From contig JBBQFP010000007.1 in NCBI GenBank assembly GCA_038322045.1, positions 21,924 through 85,923 of the forward strand: a DNA stretch of 64,000 nucleotides, written 5' to 3'. A program made the position numbers and the translations under genes. A model generated the notes under the pieces. It made no database searches, was not told the DNA's origin, and saw only the letters and a list, made by a program, of their open reading frames with translations. Of the stretch, positions 29,028-37,979 are shown piece by piece. Each line of letters begins with the position of its first letter. Position 1 is the first letter of the stretch. This DNA comes from Actinomycetes bacterium (lineage in GTDB: Bacteria; Actinomycetota; Actinomycetes; JBBQFP01).

Positions 29028-30242
29028 ATGCCGACCTTCCCGCAGCCGTCACGCCCGTCCCGCCCGAGCCTTCCCTGGCCCGACGCCGAGCCCGCCGTCC
29101 GCCTCTCCGGGCCGGGTGAGGTCGCGGCTGCCGTGCCGCTCCTCCTCGGCTTCACCCCGGAGAGCAGCCTCGTCCTCGTCGGGCTCAGCGGTCCGCGTGC
29201 ACGCCTGGGCATGACGCTGCGGATGGACCTCGCCGATCCGTCCGAGCCGGGCGCGACGTGCGCACCGGTGGCCTCTGAGGTCGAGAGCATGTGCCGCGAG
29301 GGCGCCGAGCGGATGGCGTTGTCGGGGGCGCACAGCGTCGTCGCGGTGGTCTACCCGCCGCCGGGGGAGCCCCGGGGCGAGGCGGGTCGCTTCCTCGACC
29401 CCTTGGGCGAGCGGCTCGCGGCGCACGGGGTCGAGCTCGTCGACCTTCTCGTCGTCGTCGGTGACCGGTGGTGGTCCGCCGGCTGCCGGCTCGAGGCGTG
29501 CTGCCCGCCCGAGGGGACCCCGCTTGTGACGTCGACATCCTCCGCGGGCGTCACGGCGCTCTCGGCCGCCACCGTGCTGGCCGGGAGAGCACCGCTGCCC
29601 GACCGGGCGGCCCTGGCGGCCACGGTGGCACCTCCGCCGGGGCCGGAGCGTGAGGTGCTGGCCCGCGCGCAACGCGCAGCCTCCCGACGGGTCCGCGCGG
29701 CGCTGCGGGGCGATCCGCACAATGCACGGGCCGAGGCGATGGTGGCGCTCGAAGCGGCGGTCACGGGGTTCCGGCGCAGGCCCGGTCTCGGGCTGCGCCA
29801 GATGGCTGAGACGCTCGACGGCCCACCACGCTCTGCCGTGAGCGGCAGAGGGCGCCGGGGTGCCGCACCGGGGTGGGCAGCGGTCGTCGCCGATCTCGTC
29901 GTGTGGCTGCGTGACGTCCCCGTTCGGGACGCTGTCACCGCGTGGGTCCTCGACGACGCGCCGACGCTCCTGCCCTTCCTCGTCGAGCTCGCCCGGCTCG
30001 CGGTCCCCCCGGACGACGCGCCGCTGTGCAGCGTCCTGGCCTGGGCCGCGCTGAGCGAGGGGCAGGGCGCTCTGGCCAACGTCGCCCTCGAGCGGGCGCT
30101 GGCCTCCGAGCCCACGTACTCCATGGCACTGCTTGTCCGGGAGAGCCTCAACCGGCAGCTGCCGCCAGGCCACCTGCGAACCGTTCTGGCCGAGTCCCGG
30201 GGGCTCAACGTCCTCGGCCCGCGACTTCTGCCCGCGGGATGA
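29028..30242 (+). CDS. DUF4192 domain-containing protein
   Basis: ORF 28947..30242 trimmed to ATG 29028. PGEVAAAVPLLLGFTPESSLVLVGL and the C-terminal WAALSEGQGALANVALERAL...LPP are typical of DUF4192 as I remember it. Confidence 0.65.
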   Translation: MPTFPQPSRPSRPSLPWPDAEPAVRLSGPGEVAAAVPLLLGFTPESSLVLVGLSGPRARLGMTLRMDLADPSEPGATCAPVASEVESMCREGAERMALSGAHSVVAVVYPPPGEPRGEAGRFLDPLGERLAAHGVELVDLLVVVGDRWWSAGCRLEACCPPEGTPLVTSTSSAGVTALSAATVLAGRAPLPDRAALAATVAPPPGPEREVLARAQRAASRRVRAALRGDPHNARAEAMVALEAAVTGFRRRPGLGLRQMAETLDGPPRSAVSGRGRRGAAPGWAAVVADLVVWLRDVPVRDAVTAWVLDDAPTLLPFLVELARLAVPPDDAPLCSVLAWAALSEGQGALANVALERALASEPTYSMALLVRESLNRQLPPGHLRTVLAESRGLNVLGPRLLPAG

Positions 30243-30279
30243 CGGGAATCGGCACGCGCGGGTCCCCGTTCGCCGGGGG

Positions 30280-30630
30280 GTGACCGACCTCCCGGACGTG
30301 GCGGCAGCGCTCAGCGCGCAGCATGCCGAGGTGACCACCCGCCTGGCCTCGCTGCGTCGCCACCGCGAGGGGATCGTCGCGGCCGCGCGGGACGTCGCGA
30401 CCGACGACGAGCACGACCCGGAGGGGGCCACCCTCGCCTTCGAGCGCGAGCAGCTCGGGGCGCTCATCGAGCAGGCGCAGCGACGGCTCGCTGAGCTCGA
30501 CGACGCCCTGGTGAGGCTGGCCGACGCGAGCTACGGGCGCTGCGAGCGCTGCGGCCAGCCGATCCCCGAGGCGCGGCTGGCGGCGCGGCCGACGGCCCGG
30601 CGATGCGTCCCCTGCGCCCAGCTGGGCTAG
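30280..30630 (+). CDS. TraR/DksA-family C4 zinc-finger protein
   Basis: ORF 30133..30630 trimmed to GTG 30280. Coiled-coil N-part, C-terminal CERCGQPIPEARLAARPTARRCVPC. Confidence 0.75.
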   Translation: MTDLPDVAAALSAQHAEVTTRLASLRRHREGIVAAARDVATDDEHDPEGATLAFEREQLGALIEQAQRRLAELDDALVRLADASYGRCERCGQPIPEARLAARPTARRCVPCAQLG

Positions 30631-31055
30631 GAGGTCGCCTGAAGCAGCGCGAGCAGCGCCTCGGCGTAGGCCTCGTCCGCCGACGCCGCGCGGTAGGTCG
30701 CAGCCGTGCCGTTGACGACCGTCTCCACAGCGAAGCCGCCGGGCCCGCCCCGGCGCAGTGCCACGAAGGTGCCCCCGAGGAGCCCTCGCAGCTGCTCCTC
30801 CGACGGCAGCCAGACGACGGCAGACTCCTCCACGCTGTCCAGCGCCCACTTCGTCGTGCCGTTGAACGTGATGAGCATCCCGACGGGCACGTCCTGGACC
30901 TCGACGGTCATGTCGCTGACGACGAAGGCCTCGGCCTCGAGGCCGGGCCGGGGGATGACGAACCGGTCGCCGTTGGCGGGTGCAGACCAGCGCAGACCCG
31001 TGTCCTTGAGCTTGCCCGCGACGTCGAGGGAGATCACGGCTCGAGTGTCCCTCAC
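30627..31055 (-). CDS. Conserved actinobacterial hypothetical protein (~140 aa)
   Basis: ORF 30627..31055. LDVAGKLKDTGLRWSAPANGDRFVIP...FVVSDMTVEV...FNGTTKWALDSV..VWLPSEEQLR. I recall homologues sometimes mislabelled as CpaE-like. Confidence 0.6.
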   Translation of the reverse strand: MRDTRAVISLDVAGKLKDTGLRWSAPANGDRFVIPRPGLEAEAFVVSDMTVEVQDVPVGMLITFNGTTKWALDSVEESAVVWLPSEEQLRGLLGGTFVALRRGGPGGFAVETVVNGTAATYRAASADEAYAEALLALLQATS

Positions 31056-31110
31056 CCCTCACCCCGCAGCCAGGCGCAGGCCAGGCGCAGGTCGCCGGCA
31101 TCGCGCCGGC

Positions 31111-32589
31111 TCAGGCCCGGCCGACCATCTCCGCGACGATGGCCGCCGACATCCCCACGAGCGGCAGCCCGCCGCCGGGATGGGCGGAGCCGCCGACGAG
31201 GAAGAGCCCCGGCACCGGGGACCGGTTCGCCGGCCTGAGGAACGCAGCACGCGCGCCGTTGGACGACGAGCCGTAGATCGAGCCGCCCGGCGCGCGGGTG
31301 TCGCGCTCGAGGTCCGCCGGGGTGCGCGTCTCGCGCCAGATGAGCCGGTGCCGGACGTCGAGCCCCCGACCCGCGAGGACGTCGAGCACCCGCTCGGCGT
31401 AGGCCTCGGTCAGCGCCGGGTCCTCCCAGTCCACCGCAGGGTGCCGAGGAGCGTTGACGAGGACGAACCATGCCTCCGTGTCAGGCCCCGGTCGCATGAG
31501 CGGGTCGTCGGGCGCGCAGACGTAGACCGTGGGGTCCTCGACCGGGTGCGGCCGGGGGCCGAAGATCGCGTCGAACTCGGCGTCGTAGTCCTCGGGGAAG
31601 AGCACCGTGTGGTGGCGCAGCCCCGGGGTCCGCCCGCGCAGCGCCAGGAGCAGGACGAACCCCGACAGGGACGGCGTGGCCCGTCGCAGCCGGCGCAGGG
31701 CGGGGGCAGCCGCGGGGTGACGCAGGAGGTCACCGTAGAGGTGCGAGGCGTCGGCGTCCGCCACGACGAGGTCGGCGGCGAGGGTCTCGCCGCCGGCCAG
31801 GCGCACCCCCGACGCCTTGCCCCCGGCGGTGAGCACCTCGACGACGTCGCTGCCGAGGCGGACGTCGGCGCCCGTGGCGAGGACCCGTTCGTGCAGGGCG
31901 CTCGCGAGCAGGTGCAGCCCGCCGGGCACGTGCCAGGCGCCGAAGGTCTGCTCCATGTAGGGCACCGTCGCCAGGGCCGCCGGCGCGCGCCGAGGGTCCG
32001 AGCCGGTGTACGTGGCGTAGCGGTCGAGGACCATCCGGGCGCGGGGGTCGCGCAGGTACTGCTCGCCGAGGGACCGCAACGTCCGCCATGGGGCCACGGC
32101 GCGCCAGTCCGCCGGGCGCCTCGACGCCCGCACGAGGTCCCACGGCCCGGAGAGCGGCTGCTCGAGGAACGGCCGGCGCGTCACCTGCCAGATCCGGGCA
32201 CCACGGTCGACGAGCGCCGTCCACTCCGCGCCGGATCCCGCCCCGAGGGCCTGGTCCATCGCGTCGGCCACGCCGGAGCGCGAGGCGTTCGGCAGCGTCA
32301 GCCACGTCCCGTCGGCGAACCGGTATCGGAAGGCGGGGTCGACCGGCACGACGTCGAGGACCGCCTCGAGCGGCTCACCGGTCTTGCGGAAGAGGTCGCG
32401 GTACACCGCGGGGAGGGTGAGCAGCGACGGTCCGGTGTCGAAGACGAACCCGTCACGGCGGTACCCGGCGAGCTTGCCGCCGGCCCGGTCGGACTGCTCG
32501 CACACCGTCACCCGGTGCCCCTGGGCCGCGAGACGTGCCGCCACGGCGAGGCCGCCCATGCCGGCACCGACGACGACGACCTCAGCCAC
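31111..32589 (-). CDS. Phytoene-desaturase-family oxidoreductase (CrtD-like carotenoid 3',4'-desaturase candidate)
   Basis: ORF 31111..32589. VVVVGAGMGGLAVAARLAAQGHRVTVCEQSDRAGGK, FDTGPSLLTLP, C-terminal GGSAHPGGGLPLVGMS. Confidence 0.75.
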   Translation of the reverse strand: MAEVVVVGAGMGGLAVAARLAAQGHRVTVCEQSDRAGGKLAGYRRDGFVFDTGPSLLTLPAVYRDLFRKTGEPLEAVLDVVPVDPAFRYRFADGTWLTLPNASRSGVADAMDQALGAGSGAEWTALVDRGARIWQVTRRPFLEQPLSGPWDLVRASRRPADWRAVAPWRTLRSLGEQYLRDPRARMVLDRYATYTGSDPRRAPAALATVPYMEQTFGAWHVPGGLHLLASALHERVLATGADVRLGSDVVEVLTAGGKASGVRLAGGETLAADLVVADADASHLYGDLLRHPAAAPALRRLRRATPSLSGFVLLLALRGRTPGLRHHTVLFPEDYDAEFDAIFGPRPHPVEDPTVYVCAPDDPLMRPGPDTEAWFVLVNAPRHPAVDWEDPALTEAYAERVLDVLAGRGLDVRHRLIWRETRTPADLERDTRAPGGSIYGSSSNGARAAFLRPANRSPVPGLFLVGGSAHPGGGLPLVGMSAAIVAEMVGRA

Positions 32590-32655
32590 GACGGCGGACC
32601 TTACCGGCGCCGCCTCGGCACGCCGCGCGGCGGACCAGCGGCCGCCAGCGCCGCG

Positions 32656-33828
32656 TCACCGGACCGACCGGCCCTTCCAGCGCAGGGTGCCCCGCCGGCG
32701 GCCCACCCACGAGCGTGCCGTCAGCCAGCCGAGCAGGACGACAGAGACCGGGTGCCCGAGGCTGTCGGGCCAGACCCGGCCACCGACCCGGCGCGCCACG
32801 AGCACCCGCCCGAGCACGGCCGCGGCAAACCCGGCCGTCCCCGCACGCGAGCCGCGCAGCGCCGCCACCGGGGGGACGACGTACACCCACGCCAGTGCGC
32901 CTCCCGCGGCCAGCGCGGCGAGGGGGGAGCCCGACGCGGACCACAACGACTTCGCGTAGCCCTCACGCAGCTCGCGCCAGCTCGTGTACATCCGGCACGA
33001 GGCGACGTCGGTCCCGTCGACGACGACGCCGTGCCCACCCGAGCGGATGACGGCGCGGAGCAGCTCGACGTCGTCGAGGACGGCGCTGCGGACGGCGCCG
33101 TGCCCCCCGGCCCGCCGGTAGGCCTCGGTGTCGACGGCGATGAGCTGGCCGTTGGCCGCCGCCATCGACGGGCGCGCAGAGCGCTCGGCGAGGCGCAGCG
33201 GGAGCGTCGTCACCCAGGACCACTGGAGCAGCGGCTGGACGAGCCGCTCGGCCACCGTGCCCGCGACCTGGCGCGGGTAGGGGGAGACGAGGTCGAGGCC
33301 CCGCTCACGCAGCAGGCTCACCGTCGAGGCCACGGCGAGCGGCTGCAGGACGACGTCGGCGTCGAGGAGCACGAGCACCCGGCCCCGGGCTGCAGCGGAG
33401 AGCTGGGCGCAGGCGTGCGGCTTGCCCAGCCAGCCCGGCGGCAGCTGCTCACCGGTGAGCAGCCGCCAGGTCCGGGTGCCCTCCGCCGGCTGGCCCGGGC
33501 CGACGGGGCACCAGCGAGGGTCCGCGCCGAAGACCTCCGCGACGAGCGCTGCCGTGGCGTCGGTCGAGCCGTCGTCGAGCACGAGCAGCTCGACGTCGGT
33601 GAGGCGTTCCTGGGCAAGGAGGGACTCGAGGCACGGCCTCACCCGGTCGGCCTCGTCCCGCAGGGGGAGCAGGACGGACACCGGCTCCTCGACATCGGGG
33701 GGAGAGGCCGGGGGCACGCGCAGGAGGCGAAGGTTCACCCAGGTGTGCGCGGTGAGCGCCACGGCCGCGCACGAGCCGGAGCGCACGAGCAGCCGGCCGA
33801 GCCGGTGACGGGTACCGCTGCGGGTCAC
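32656..33828 (-). CDS. Family-2 glycosyltransferase (carotenoid glycosyltransferase candidate)
   Basis: ORF 32656..34461 trimmed to GTG 33828, a 4-nt overlap with the upstream gene. VSVLLPLRDEA, LVLDDGSTD, LLDADV, plus C-terminal TM segments. Confidence 0.7.
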   Translation of the reverse strand: MTRSGTRHRLGRLLVRSGSCAAVALTAHTWVNLRLLRVPPASPPDVEEPVSVLLPLRDEADRVRPCLESLLAQERLTDVELLVLDDGSTDATAALVAEVFGADPRWCPVGPGQPAEGTRTWRLLTGEQLPPGWLGKPHACAQLSAAARGRVLVLLDADVVLQPLAVASTVSLLRERGLDLVSPYPRQVAGTVAERLVQPLLQWSWVTTLPLRLAERSARPSMAAANGQLIAVDTEAYRRAGGHGAVRSAVLDDVELLRAVIRSGGHGVVVDGTDVASCRMYTSWRELREGYAKSLWSASGSPLAALAAGGALAWVYVVPPVAALRGSRAGTAGFAAAVLGRVLVARRVGGRVWPDSLGHPVSVVLLGWLTARSWVGRRRGTLRWKGRSVR

Positions 33829-34640
33829 CGGCGGCCCGGCGTCAGCCGCGGCGCCGCCGCGAGCTCGGCGGCGAGCGACCGGAGCAGCGGGAAGCCGACG
33901 ACCGCGAGGGCCGTCCCCCCGACGAGGGCCACGCCGGGGCGCCCCATGAAGACGGCGTTGCCGACGATGCCGCCGAGCCACGTCCAGAGGAAGAGCCCGA
34001 TCGGGACGGCGTCGGCGCGCAGCCCGACGTGACGCTCCGGCAGCCGGTGCAGCAGGAGGCCGAGCACGCCGGAGACGAGCAGCCAGCCGGCGAAGTTCGT
34101 CAGGGGGATGCCCGGCACCCCCGGGAGCGCCGGAGTCGGGTGGTCCCAGCCCCAGTGCCCGGCCGCGACCATCTGGGGGTCGAGCGAGACGTCCCAGGCG
34201 GTCATCGACACGGCGAAGACGAGGGGCACCCACCGACCGCCCGCGACCCGTCGCGCGACGAGGAGGGACGGGTAGGCGAACATCACCCAGGCCAGGGGCA
34301 CGAGCAGCGGGACCCCCAGGACCCGCGGGCCGAGCGTCACGGCGTAGGAGTACGAGCCGAACGGGAACCCGGTGGCCACGCCGACGGCCTCGGCCGCGTA
34401 CCCGGCACCTGCCGCGGCTCCGGCGAGGCCAAGCGCCCACGCGGCCCCGCGGTAGACCCACGCGTGCGACACCGAGGCCGCGGCGAAGGCGAGCACCGTG
34501 ACGACCGTCACCCGGCGGAGAGCGTCGCCGTCGAGCAGCGGGTAGGCGATCTGCAGCGCGACCGTGACGACGGCGAGCACCTCCGGGACCAGCCGGGCCG
34601 ACGTGCTCGGCAGCCGGGTCGTCGGTGCCTTGACGCTCAC
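33825..34640 (-). CDS. Carotenoid biosynthesis membrane protein (DUF422 / CruF-like 1',2'-hydratase candidate)
   Basis: ORF 33825..35300 trimmed to GTG 34640 (GTGA overlap). Polytopic. GFPFGSYSY, PLLVPLAWVM, WDVSLDPQMV, IPLTNFAGW. Confidence 0.65.
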   Translation of the reverse strand: MSVKAPTTRLPSTSARLVPEVLAVVTVALQIAYPLLDGDALRRVTVVTVLAFAAASVSHAWVYRGAAWALGLAGAAAGAGYAAEAVGVATGFPFGSYSYAVTLGPRVLGVPLLVPLAWVMFAYPSLLVARRVAGGRWVPLVFAVSMTAWDVSLDPQMVAAGHWGWDHPTPALPGVPGIPLTNFAGWLLVSGVLGLLLHRLPERHVGLRADAVPIGLFLWTWLGGIVGNAVFMGRPGVALVGGTALAVVGFPLLRSLAAELAAAPRLTPGRR

Positions 34641-35332
34641 GCCGCCCACCTGCCGCTCCATGCCCCCTCGACGTCGCGGACGGCGAACCGCGCGAAGAGC
34701 TCCTCGGCGTACCAGCGCTCCTCGGCCGTGCGCCGGATCGCCTCGAGATGAGCGGCGTCGGAGTAGGCGAAGCTCGACAGGGCCGCTGCCGAGGACCACA
34801 CCGAGAACGTGCCCTGCAGCCCGACCGGCGCCTCGCCGACCCCGATGGCCAGCTCGAGACCGGGGGAGGCGTGCAAGGCGGCCGCCACCGGCGGGACGGC
34901 TCGCCAGAAGGTCGAGGCTTTGCGCGGGGCCAGCCGTGCGCGGGTGAGCGCGGCGGTGCGTCCGTCGTGCCGTGTGGGCGCCGGCGTCCCGAAGGGCTCG
35001 CGGCCTGACCACCGTCCCGTGCTGGCGAGCGGTGTCATGGCCACCCGGAGCCGTTCGGCCGCGACGGCGTCCCACCCGCGGCACACCCGAGAGAGCTCGA
35101 AGGCAGCAGCGGTCGCCGCGGACTCCCAGCACGCGAGCAGCCCCCAGTGGCCGGGGTCGGCGTCCCGGACGTCGAAGGTCCGTCCGCTGCCCGTGCCGAG
35201 CAGCTTGGCGAAGCTCAGGCCGGGCACCGCTCGCAGCCTCGCCCGGTCGGTCGCCATCCGCCCGAGGGCCCGGACGACGGACGGCCCCCGCACGCCCCAC
35301 AGGTGCAGGGTGACGAGGGCCGGCACGGTCAT
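34637..35332 (-). CDS. CrtA-like 'spheroidene monooxygenase' family protein (carotenoid 2-oxygenase/hydroxylase candidate)
   Basis: ORF 34637..35332. VTLHLWGV...LGRMATDRARLRAVPGLSFAKLLGTGSGRTF...WGLLACWES resembles proteins annotated as spheroidene monooxygenase in actinobacteria and Bacteroidetes. Confidence 0.55.
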   Translation of the reverse strand: MTVPALVTLHLWGVRGPSVVRALGRMATDRARLRAVPGLSFAKLLGTGSGRTFDVRDADPGHWGLLACWESAATAAAFELSRVCRGWDAVAAERLRVAMTPLASTGRWSGREPFGTPAPTRHDGRTAALTRARLAPRKASTFWRAVPPVAAALHASPGLELAIGVGEAPVGLQGTFSVWSSAAALSSFAYSDAAHLEAIRRTAEERWYAEELFARFAVRDVEGAWSGRWAA

Positions 35333-35342
35333 GCCGCAGAGC

Positions 35343-35951
35343 CTAGGCGGGAGCCACAGGTCCCACCCGTCCGCGGAGGAGCTCGACGACGGTGCCGTGG
35401 ACGTCGTCGAGGCTGCGGTCGGGCTGGAAGGCCAGCCAGTCGAGCGCGACGACGAGCGTCATGCCGAAGATGGCCGACGCGGTGACGCCGACGTCGAGGC
35501 CCTCGCGGAGCTGGCCTCGCGCGACTGCTGCCCGCAGGACGTCGGCGAGCACCGCGACGACCTGCTCCCGGAGCAGCGCGAGGGTGTCCTTCCACGACCG
35601 GTTCGTCCGCCACATCTCCGAGAGCAGCAGCTGGGCGAACGCGGGATAGGCCTCGATGTAGGCCAGCTCGGCACGGACGACGGCGTCGAGGGCGTCGAGG
35701 GGGTCCTCGCAGGACGCCGCCGCCCCGGTGAAGGCCGTCGTGAGGATGCCGACGCCGTGCTCGAGCAGCCCCTCGAACAGGGCGGTCTTCGACGGGAAGT
35801 TGTAGTAGACCGTCCCCTTCGCCACCCCGGCCCGCTCGGCGATCTCCTCGACGCTCGTCGAGGAGTACCCCTTCTCCGCGATGAGGGACACGGCGGCCGT
35901 GTAGAGCTTGTCGCGGGTCGGGCTCGTGCGGGGGCGTCGTCGTCCGTCCAT
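35343..35951 (-). CDS. TetR/AcrR family transcriptional regulator
   Basis: ORF 35343..35951. HTH region LYTAAVSLIAEKGYSSTSVEEIAERAGVAKGTVYYNFPSK. Confidence 0.9.
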   Translation of the reverse strand: MDGRRRPRTSPTRDKLYTAAVSLIAEKGYSSTSVEEIAERAGVAKGTVYYNFPSKTALFEGLLEHGVGILTTAFTGAAASCEDPLDALDAVVRAELAYIEAYPAFAQLLLSEMWRTNRSWKDTLALLREQVVAVLADVLRAAVARGQLREGLDVGVTASAIFGMTLVVALDWLAFQPDRSLDDVHGTVVELLRGRVGPVAPA

Positions 35952-35963
35952 GGTGTGCAGACC

Positions 35964-37979
35964 TTAGATCGCGAGCTCGGGGTGGAGGCGGCCGATCGTC
36001 CAGACCCTGGCCCGGGCCGCCGAGAGCGTCGTCAGCCCCAGCGCCGCCACGCCGAAGACTGCCAGGACGGCGGCGTCGCGGGCCATCACCCCGAGGTCAT
36101 CACCCCCGATGCCCTGGCGCAGCCCGCTGACGACGTAGGTCATGGGCAGGTAGGGGCTGAGCACCTGGAAGAACCGCGGCGCGGTCTCGATGGGGAACGT
36201 CCCGGCGCACGAGGTGAGCTGGAGCATGAGCAGGACGAGGCCGACGAGCCTGCCTGCGGTCCCCAGGGCCTGGATGAGCAGCTGGAGGATCGCGACGAAG
36301 ACGAGCGCCGAGAAGATCATGAAGGCCCAGAGTGCGACCGGCGACGTCGCGTGCAGCCCGAGGCCGTGGTGGAGCACGACGAGCAGCGCCGCGACCTGCC
36401 CGACGCCGATGACCGCTCCCGGCAGGTACCCCGCGAGGGACACGACCCAGGCCGGGGCGTTCGACGCGACAGCACGGCTCGACACCGGACGGATGAAGAA
36501 GTACGTGAGCAGCGCCCCGATCCACAGGGCCAGCGGGATGAAGTAGGGGGCGAACCCCGTGCCGTAGTCGTCGATGGGATGCGACCGGCGCGTGTCGAGG
36601 ACGACGGGCTGGGCCATGACCTGCGCCTGGTGCGCCCGGGCGCTCGCGTCGACCGATGGCAGCGCCGAGGTCCCTGCGGCGAGCCGGTCGGCGAGGGTGC
36701 CCGCCCCCGTCTGGACGCTCGTGAGGCCGGTGCTCAGGGCTCTGGCTCCGTCGGAGAGCCGGACGACGCCGCCTGCGAGCTCGCCTGCTCCTGTGGCGAG
36801 CCCCGCCGTGCCCGCAGCCAGCCGCTGCGCTCCGGCCGCCGCCGTCCCGGCGCCCGTCGCGACCGCCGTGGCTCCGGTGCTGACCCTCGCCGTGCCGGTG
36901 GCGAGGCGATCTGCGGCGCTCGAGGCGTCGTGGAGGCCCTGCTGCAACGCGGGCGCACCTGTGCCCAGAGCGGCTGCTCCCGCCGCGACGTCGTGCGCAC
37001 CGGCGCTCACCTGCTGGGCCGCTGCGACCAGGGAACGACCGGCCGGGTCACCCCCGTGAGCGGCGACGTAGGCGGAGATGCCGGCTGCGAGCTTCTCGTC
37101 GCCGGCGGCCACCGAGGCGGACCCGTGCTCGAGCGCTGCGGCCTGCGCGGGCAGGTGCTGCGTCGACGTCGCGAGCCGGCCCAGCCCCGCAGCCAGCCGC
37201 TCGCTGCCAGCCTCGGTCTGCGCGGCTCCTGAGGCGAGCTCGCGCGTGCCGGTGCCGAGCGTCGTCAGGCCATGTGACAGCGTCGATGCTCCGGCGGCGG
37301 CGGACTGCGCGCCGTCGTGGAGCTGCTGGGCGCCTGTTGCCGCGGACGAGCCGCCGTCGGCAAGCGTCGTCGCCGCCCGTCGTGCCGTCGAGGCGCCGCC
37401 GGCGAGCCGCGTGGCGCCGTCGGCCGCCTGCCCCGTGCTGGTGCGGACGTCGGAGAAGCCGACGAGCATGCGGTCGAGGTAGCCCTCGGTGGCCTTGGCG
37501 GAGGCAGCGGAGCGGATCTCGCTGAAGGCGAGTCGAGAGATCTGCCCGGCGAGGTAGTTCGTCGCGTCGTTGGTGTGGACCTGGAGCGCGGCGGCAGCGG
37601 CGCCCGGACGGTCGGCCGAGGCCAGCGTCGCGCTGAAGTCGGCGGGGATCGTCAGGGACAGGTAGTAGTCGCCGTCCGCCACGCCCTTCTCCGCGGTCGC
37701 CGCGTCGACGACCTTCCAGTCGAACGTGCGGCTCTCGAGCAGCCGCTTCTCGAGGTCCGCCCCCGCCGAGACCGACCGTCCCGCGGTGGCTACTGGGCGG
37801 TCGGCGTCGACGAGCGCCACCGGCAGGGTGTGCAGGCGCCCGTAGGGGTCCCAGAAGGCCCAGAGGTACAGCGCGCCGTAGAGCAGGGGGATGAGGGTGA
37901 TGACGACGAGGGCGCCGCGCATGACGCGGCTACCGAGGTAGCGCTTGAGCTCGAGCCCGGCGAGGTTAGCGACGCGCAC
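35964..37979 (-). CDS. YhgE/Pip domain-containing membrane protein (ABC-2-type permease-like)
   Basis: ORF 35964..37979. N-terminal TM (ALVVITLIPLLYGALYLWAFWDPYG), long Ala/Gly-rich repetitive extracellular region, C-terminal multi-TM ABC-2 block. Confidence 0.85.
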   Translation of the reverse strand: MRVANLAGLELKRYLGSRVMRGALVVITLIPLLYGALYLWAFWDPYGRLHTLPVALVDADRPVATAGRSVSAGADLEKRLLESRTFDWKVVDAATAEKGVADGDYYLSLTIPADFSATLASADRPGAAAAALQVHTNDATNYLAGQISRLAFSEIRSAASAKATEGYLDRMLVGFSDVRTSTGQAADGATRLAGGASTARRAATTLADGGSSAATGAQQLHDGAQSAAAGASTLSHGLTTLGTGTRELASGAAQTEAGSERLAAGLGRLATSTQHLPAQAAALEHGSASVAAGDEKLAAGISAYVAAHGGDPAGRSLVAAAQQVSAGAHDVAAGAAALGTGAPALQQGLHDASSAADRLATGTARVSTGATAVATGAGTAAAGAQRLAAGTAGLATGAGELAGGVVRLSDGARALSTGLTSVQTGAGTLADRLAAGTSALPSVDASARAHQAQVMAQPVVLDTRRSHPIDDYGTGFAPYFIPLALWIGALLTYFFIRPVSSRAVASNAPAWVVSLAGYLPGAVIGVGQVAALLVVLHHGLGLHATSPVALWAFMIFSALVFVAILQLLIQALGTAGRLVGLVLLMLQLTSCAGTFPIETAPRFFQVLSPYLPMTYVVSGLRQGIGGDDLGVMARDAAVLAVFGVAALGLTTLSAARARVWTIGRLHPELAI

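Noticed and set aside
30627-31055. Calling the 142-aa protein a CpaE-type pilus assembly ATPase, as some database entries do for homologues
   Set aside because: It has no Walker A or other ParA/MinD-type motif, and it is far too short. Treated as a conserved hypothetical.
30706-34032. 1108-aa plus-strand ORF, the longest on that strand
   Set aside because: The translation is Arg/Pro/Gly/Ala low-complexity with no recognisable motifs. It lies antisense to four well-supported genes (hypothetical, CrtD-like, GT2, CruF-like). This is a typical stop-codon-poor shadow frame in >70% GC DNA.
35964-37979. 'Phage infection protein' (Pip) domain as a sign of a prophage or defence island
   Set aside because: YhgE/Pip is a host membrane protein family. 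No integrase, capsid, terminase, att-like repeats or GC shift surround it.
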